From an uncultured virus (IMG/VR IMGVR_UViG_3300025391_000491) (Duplodnaviria > Heunggongvirae > Uroviricota > Caudoviricetes), in IMG/VR virus record IMGVR_UViG_3300025391_000491: 61,771 nucleotides of DNA. One strand, written 5' to 3'. Positions 56,443-61,771 of the stretch are shown piece after piece. The notes below the pieces were generated by a model. That model did not search any database, was not told where the DNA came from, and was given only the letters and a program-made list of their open reading frames with translations. Position 1 is the stretch's first letter, and every line of letters starts with the position of its first letter. A program made the translations under genes and the position numbers.

Positions 56443-59010
56443 TTACCCTGCGTTGTATGTGCGCCATGTTGAGCCATTATAGAACAGGCCAAAGCTCTGG
56501 TTGTTTGTGCTGACTGTCATGTTACCGGTTGCACCCATTATGGTGCGACCATTTGGATTGACAACCAAGTTGTTTGTGGCAAAGGCGCCGCCTGCATCGG
56601 CAAAGAATATGGCACCACCGGTTGCTGGGCTGGCCGGTAGTGTGGCTGTGACCGAGTTGCTCACAGTGTTGACTCCGTATCTATTGCCGGTTGTGGCTGC
56701 AAAATTGTTGCTTTGTATAGTAAATGCGGCTTCACCGGCACTGGCCTGTATGCCAGTCAACTGACTACCGTTACCCAAGATATAGTTACCGGTGATGTTT
56801 CCAACTGCACTGATACCAGTCTTGGAAAATTCTGCCACAATATTGGCTGTGTTGCTACCATCGGCTATGATCCGCACCACACCGTTGGCTTCGTTGGTAC
56901 CAATCACCAAGTTACCGGTCTGACCATTTCCGGTGCCTTGTACATACATATAGCCATCATTGGAGTTTAACGAACTGCCAAGACTGTTGTATGATCCAGG
57001 AACATAGCTGCCACCTGCAATACCCATGTCAATAAAGTGAATGGTGTCTGACCCGTTGTCGGCTGTGGCAATATAGTCCGTGGTTGACGCGATCCCAGGA
57101 TCGATATTTTGGAAATTGATCTGGCTGTAACTGTTGGCATTGCCAGAAAACTGTGCGACCACGTTGCTTGGCAAATGTGTGAACAATTGGATACCAGCAT
57201 ACAAAGCATTGTCGCCGCTCTGGGCATTACCAGTCAATGAAGCCACACCAGTCAGGAATCCGCTGGCTGTTATATTGCCTGCGGCCGACACATTGCCAGG
57301 CAAAGTGGTATTACCATCAAATCCAAAGATCCAGTTGCTACCATCTACTTCGAGTCCGGTCCCCACAGTGCCAAATGCTGTGCTGAACCGATAGCTCTGT
57401 CCGGCCTGGAAGACTCCACCAGTAATAACAATGGTGCTGGTTCCTTGATCTTGCGAAGCCACCGTAGCATTGACTACACCGGGTCCGTTGACCTTGTAAC
57501 CAACCAGGTTGATGTTGTAGTTGAGATACGGGAAAGTGCCAGTAGAACTGTTGACTCCGGATGTGTTTGTGTCGGTTTGTGTGATAGCGGCATCACCAAA
57601 GTTCGAACTGTTTGGCAGTGTCAAGTTACCGCTGGTGCCAAAAGTCCAGGTCGGTCCGTTAGTGTTGATCACGATGTTACCGCTTGGAGATGTCACATTG
57701 GCCCAGCTGAATCCGTTTATGATGTAGCTGGAATTGCCACCGCTACCGCCTCCTGGTCCAGCTACAGCCAAGAATCTGATCTGTACCACGTCACCATTGT
57801 AAGGCGCTGTGCTAAAGGTTATACTGTTGCCGGCAACATCATAGTCAACGTCGGGAGTTTGTGTAATACCGTTTATGGTCACCAACACAGTATTGGCCGT
57901 GGCCGATTGCAACAAAGTAAATGTGTTGGCAACATTGTTGCCTTCTACAGTTTGATTGATTATGCTGGTAGGTGGAATGATACCAGTCAAGTAATAGCCG
58001 TTACCATAGTAATATCCAGCAGAGATGTTGCCGGTGGTGCTAATGGTGTTGGAGCCGAAATCAGACAAGAAAGCAGCCACATCTGAATTGCCATAGTTTC
58101 CGCCCAAGGACACCTGTGTACCGTTGGCATAATACACATCAAAAGTGTTGCCTGATAGATTCAAGTTGCCGGCCAATGACAAATTACCATCAGTGCCAAA
58201 ACTCCATTCATTACCGGCGATACCAATGACCAAATTGCCATCGGTTGTGGCTATGTTGGCATAGCTGTTGCCGTTGAAAATCTTGTTTGAACTGGCATTG
58301 ATACCGGTCAACTGTGATCCATTACCAAAATAGTAATTGGCGGCAACATTGCCGGTCACATTGACCACCCCGGTGCCGTTGGCAGTGAGAGTGACATTGC
58401 CGTTGGCCAATGTGCTTGTGATGGTATTGCCGTTGATTTTTAAATTGCCAATGACAGTATTGCCCGGCAGGTTGGTGACACCTTTGAGTCCAATGTATCT
58501 GTAGCCCGAGACATAAATCACATTACCTGAGGTAAGACTAGCCGGTATGGTATTGCCAATAAAGTTTAACAGTCCGGCTTGGTTGTCAAAAAAGTATTCA
58601 CCAGTGCCGCCGGATCCAGCAGCAAACAATTGAGTACCAGTGGACTGTATATTGGCCGCACCAGGTGGCCCGGCATAGACCTTGACCAACCAGGTGCTTC
58701 CAAATTCAGACGGAATCCAATCGGTCAATCCGGTCAACCAGGTAGGATTCACTCCACCAATCAGGCCCACTGTAGGGTCGGCTGTACACTGTACACTGCT
58801 TCCGCCCAGATAACTTTGTGTGATACCACTCACAGTCTGAGCTGTAGCTGGAATTTGATCACTCTGTGTCCATACTATGTCACCGGCCAACAAGGGTGGG
58901 CTGGCTATGCTTTCGTTGCTGGGTGCCTTGGGCGGATTGGTGTCGGTCTTGGCCACACCAAATAATTTTTTAACTAATAGATCAATGTATTGTGCTTGTG
59001 ATATTGCCAT
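56443..59010 (-). CDS. tail fibre/structural protein
   Basis: [14 protein letters not shown] repeats and VTATLPASPATG C-terminal module. Confidence 0.75.
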   Translation of the reverse strand: MAISQAQYIDLLVKKLFGVAKTDTNPPKAPSNESIASPPLLAGDIVWTQSDQIPATAQTVSGITQSYLGGSSVQCTADPTVGLIGGVNPTWLTGLTDWIPSEFGSTWLVKVYAGPPGAANIQSTGTQLFAAGSGGTGEYFFDNQAGLLNFIGNTIPASLTSGNVIYVSGYRYIGLKGVTNLPGNTVIGNLKINGNTITSTLANGNVTLTANGTGVVNVTGNVAANYYFGNGSQLTGINASSNKIFNGNSYANIATTDGNLVIGIAGNEWSFGTDGNLSLAGNLNLSGNTFDVYYANGTQVSLGGNYGNSDVAAFLSDFGSNTISTTGNISAGYYYGNGYYLTGIIPPTSIINQTVEGNNVANTFTLLQSATANTVLVTINGITQTPDVDYDVAGNSITFSTAPYNGDVVQIRFLAVAGPGGGSGGNSSYIINGFSWANVTSPSGNIVINTNGPTWTFGTSGNLTLPNSSNFGDAAITQTDTNTSGVNSSTGTFPYLNYNINLVGYKVNGPGVVNATVASQDQGTSTIVITGGVFQAGQSYRFSTAFGTVGTGLEVDGSNWIFGFDGNTTLPGNVSAAGNITASGFLTGVASLTGNAQSGDNALYAGIQLFTHLPSNVVAQFSGNANSYSQINFQNIDPGIASTTDYIATADNGSDTIHFIDMGIAGGSYVPGSYNSLGSSLNSNDGYMYVQGTGNGQTGNLVIGTNEANGVVRIIADGSNTANIVAEFSKTGISAVGNITGNYILGNGSQLTGIQASAGEAAFTIQSNNFAATTGNRYGVNTVSNSVTATLPASPATGGAIFFADAGGAFATNNLVVNPNGRTIMGATGNMTVSTNNQSFGLFYNGSTWRTYNAG

Positions 59011-59011
59011 A

Positions 59012-61771
59012 TTATGGAGCCGCCTGTATATTTAATGCAGTTACTGACTGCCCAGATGTGAGTAAGATCCTTACATAAATTTCGTTGTTGGTAGCACTGC
59101 TGCTACTGACTGTACCAAAGGTACAAGTATATATTTTGCTCACGTTGCTTTGAGCTGTATTGGGCACAACTGCTCCGCCCGACGCACAACCATTTGAACC
59201 ATTGCCACCGGCTCCTATGTTGGCACCCGGAACACCTGCTCCGGCATAGTTCTGTGTCATGTCCAACCATCCGTTTAGTGTGCTGGTGCTGTCAATTTGG
59301 CTACCTGGCAGGGCCACCCACATGCCGGCCACTGTGCCCAGATATCTGATGGCAAACTGGCTGACCGGTGTCCGGGTGAACTTGAATGTAAAGTATTGGT
59401 TGGCCCCTTGGCTGCTGAGATTTGGACCTGCTGGCAAATATCCTGACGAATAGTTGGTGGTGTCATATTTGAGCACACCGGCCGAACCTGATCCAACTAC
59501 CACAGCATCATAGGTCTGTAATGGGCCTGTTTGGCTGTTGAACTGTGCTTCGCTACCGGTATAGGTCGGAGTGTTCGTGCTTCCAGGGTTTACAATACGA
59601 TAGCCCACTGCCGAACCTGAGCCGGTAGTATTGGCCGCGATCACGATGTTGCCTTCGTCAATGGCTGTGACATTGCCGGTCTTGTACAGTACTGTACCGC
59701 TTGGTGTAAATGTATTGGTCGTAGCGTTGTAACTGTTGGTCACTGTGACAGTAGGTCCTGAAGCACTGCTACCAAATCCGGAAATTATGGCCGCTGTGGT
59801 GTTGGCAGTGGCGTTACCAGAACTGACCAGATAATTTTGTGACAGCGGTGTGGTTATGTTGGCAGCCGCATAAGTGACCGTGGCCGGAGCCGCAAACGCA
59901 CCGCCGGCTGTGGTAGCACTGGTAAGATTGTTGCTGTCCGGATACATGTTGGCACTGAGACGATTGACCTGAAATCCAATGTTGAAGTTGGTACCGTTGT
60001 TGTAGTGTGGTATAGTGCTAGAATAGGTCAGGCTAGGGCTAGCACAGGCCACAAACGTGGTCGAACTGAACTGTGGTGCTGCCGCAGTACTTGCGTCATA
60101 GTACCAGTAAGGCGTATTGGTATTGCCGGCCACATTGTCGCTCAAATAAACTTCGTTCCAGCCCGATGGAGCACCGTTGCCGCTGATGGCCGAACTAAAC
60201 ACATACCAGAAACCGGCCGTGATTGATGAATTGGCAGAATGATAATCGTAATTGTTGGTGACTACCAGATTTCCTCCGTAAGTGCCATTGGCACTTGGCG
60301 AAGCACTGGTGTAAAATGAAGCATTGCCTACCGCGGCTCCGTTGCGATACGCAGTGAGCGTGCCCGAATCACCAGGGCCAGTATTGCCGATGGTGTTGGT
60401 TGTGTAAATGGAATTTCTTACAGCAGACACAGTGGTTCCGGCCGATACAGCCTTGTTGCCGGTGGCGGTGTTGTCGGGTTGAGTAAATCCTGAACACATG
60501 CGAGCCGGTGTGGTTGACATGGTCAAGGTCAAGCTATTTCCACCTGGGAAGTTGGGTGGTGATGCTGGTACCAGTTTGCCCAACACATAGTTCAATTCGG
60601 CTATGCCATTGGTGACACTGGTGTCGGTTGTCAAAGTCACAGCGTTACTGACCAAATTGCCAGCTGTGGGTGTTCCCATTTGTATTCCTGTCGCTCCACC
60701 GTTGGTGTTGGCCAATATAACCAGGCCTGTGCCAGGCGGTTGCAGATAGATGTTGGCATTGGCCACGTTGCTGCTGATAGTGGTGTTGCTGAAAGTGATA
60801 TTGCCGGTATTGGCTGTGGTATTGATACCAGTCAACTGACTGCCGTTACCCAAAATATAGTTACCCGTGATGTTGCCTACTGCACTCACGAACGAAACAT
60901 TGCTGATCGAAAAGCCTTGACCGTCAAGATTGGCTGTCAAGTTGCCATCAAAATAACCGGTAGTACCTTGTACACCGGTAGTACCCTGTACTCCTTGTGC
61001 GCCTGTGGCGCCTTGTACTCCTTGCGTGCCCTGTGCGCCATCTACGCCTTGAACACCCTGTGCGCCAGTGGCACCCTGTGCGCCGGTGGTGCCTTGTGCG
61101 CCATCGTTACCGGTGGTGCCTTGTGTTCCGGTGGTGCCTTGTGCGCCATCCGTGCCTTGTATGCCTTGCGTGCCCTGTGCTCCATCAGTACCTTGTGCGC
61201 CTGTGGTGCCCTGTGGTCCTTGTACCTGTCCCACATTGTTCCAAATACTTCCATCATATACCCATAAATTTCCGGTATCGGTAGCAATAACTCCATCACC
61301 AGCCACTGCTCCCGGAAAAGCCGCGTTCAACGTGGCCTGTGGATCGACACCCGCAGTGGGCACACTGCCTATGATGACCACACTGGTACCATTGGTACCT
61401 TGGACACCTTGTATACCTGTTGTGCCTTGAGCCCCGGTCGTGCCTTGAGCCCCGGTCGTGCCTTGAGTGCCTTGAGCTCCGTCAACACCCTGGATACCTA
61501 TTGTGCCTTGAGTGCCTTGAGCGCCATCTACTCCTTGTGTGCCTTGAGCACCGGTAGCGCCTTGTACTCCTTGGATTCCAGTGGCTCCTTGCACTCCGTC
61601 AACCCCTTGGGCACCTGTAGCACCTTGTATGCCTTGTGTGCCTGTGGTGCCTTGGGCACCGGTTGATCCCGTGGCTCCTTGAGACCCGTCTACACCCTGG
61701 ATGCCGGTGGTGCCTTGTATGCCTGTTGTGCCTTGTGTGCCAGTAGCACCTTGGATTCCGCTGTTGTATGG
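59012..61771 (-). CDS. collagen-like fibre protein, 5'-partial
   Basis: Long Gly-X-Y (GAQ/GTT/GIQ) tracts. Frame stays open to the window end. Confidence 0.85.
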   Translation of the reverse strand, partial: PYNSGIQGATGTQGTTGIQGTTGIQGVDGSQGATGSTGAQGTTGTQGIQGATGAQGVDGVQGATGIQGVQGATGAQGTQGVDGAQGTQGTIGIQGVDGAQGTQGTTGAQGTTGAQGTTGIQGVQGTNGTSVVIIGSVPTAGVDPQATLNAAFPGAVAGDGVIATDTGNLWVYDGSIWNNVGQVQGPQGTTGAQGTDGAQGTQGIQGTDGAQGTTGTQGTTGNDGAQGTTGAQGATGAQGVQGVDGAQGTQGVQGATGAQGVQGTTGVQGTTGYFDGNLTANLDGQGFSISNVSFVSAVGNITGNYILGNGSQLTGINTTANTGNITFSNTTISSNVANANIYLQPPGTGLVILANTNGGATGIQMGTPTAGNLVSNAVTLTTDTSVTNGIAELNYVLGKLVPASPPNFPGGNSLTLTMSTTPARMCSGFTQPDNTATGNKAVSAGTTVSAVRNSIYTTNTIGNTGPGDSGTLTAYRNGAAVGNASFYTSASPSANGTYGGNLVVTNNYDYHSANSSITAGFWYVFSSAISGNGAPSGWNEVYLSDNVAGNTNTPYWYYDASTAAAPQFSSTTFVACASPSLTYSSTIPHYNNGTNFNIGFQVNRLSANMYPDSNNLTSATTAGGAFAAPATVTYAAANITTPLSQNYLVSSGNATANTTAAIISGFGSSASGPTVTVTNSYNATTNTFTPSGTVLYKTGNVTAIDEGNIVIAANTTGSGSAVGYRIVNPGSTNTPTYTGSEAQFNSQTGPLQTYDAVVVGSGSAGVLKYDTTNYSSGYLPAGPNLSSQGANQYFTFKFTRTPVSQFAIRYLGTVAGMWVALPGSQIDSTSTLNGWLDMTQNYAGAGVPGANIGAGGNGSNGCASGGAVVPNTAQSNVSKIYTCTFGTVSSSSATNNEIYVRILLTSGQSVTALNIQAAP

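Noticed and set aside
1259..61666. Many antisense and alternate-frame ORFs in the track (e.g. 22424-23170, 35662-36303, 51337-52023, 60680-61267)
   Set aside because: They are shadows of well-supported genes or of collagen repeats, with no motifs or RBS.
1..61771. tRNA/rRNA genes or stop-codon reassignment
   Set aside because: No cloverleaf or rRNA was recognised by eye (tRNAscan-SE would be decisive). Known genes are full-length in code 11 and end in TAA, TAG and TGA.

Overview
A 61.8-kb segment of a large T4-like (myovirus/jumbo-type) phage genome in the standard genetic code. The OmpA, desaturase and phasin-like genes suggest a betaproteobacterial host, but this is an inference. It carries replication and nucleotide genes (primase, DnaB/gp41 helicase, ATP-dependent ligase, exonuclease, nrdA/nrdB/glutaredoxin, UvsE) and virion genes (PAAR, putative internal head proteins, LamG/C1q/collagen fibres). 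It also has many host-like auxiliary genes: iscU, iscA, ompA, clpX, clpS, clpP, hsp20, bS21, an ArfA-like peptide, a desaturase, a phasin-like protein, an amidinotransferase and glycan-modifying enzymes. Main points: (1) a 340-aa intein sits exactly at the Fe-S ligand Cys63 of IscU, in an endonuclease-rich island that left an orphan copy of the iscU 5' end; (2) about 14 genes appear leaderless, alongside phage bS21 and ArfA-like factors; (3) five near-identical sigma70 promoter modules each head small ORFs; (4) hsp20 has a ROSE-type thermometer and the phasin-like gene has paired palindromic operators; (5) one protein fuses a nucleotidyltransferase with a ligase-like domain. All calls come from reading motifs by eye. 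No database searches were run.
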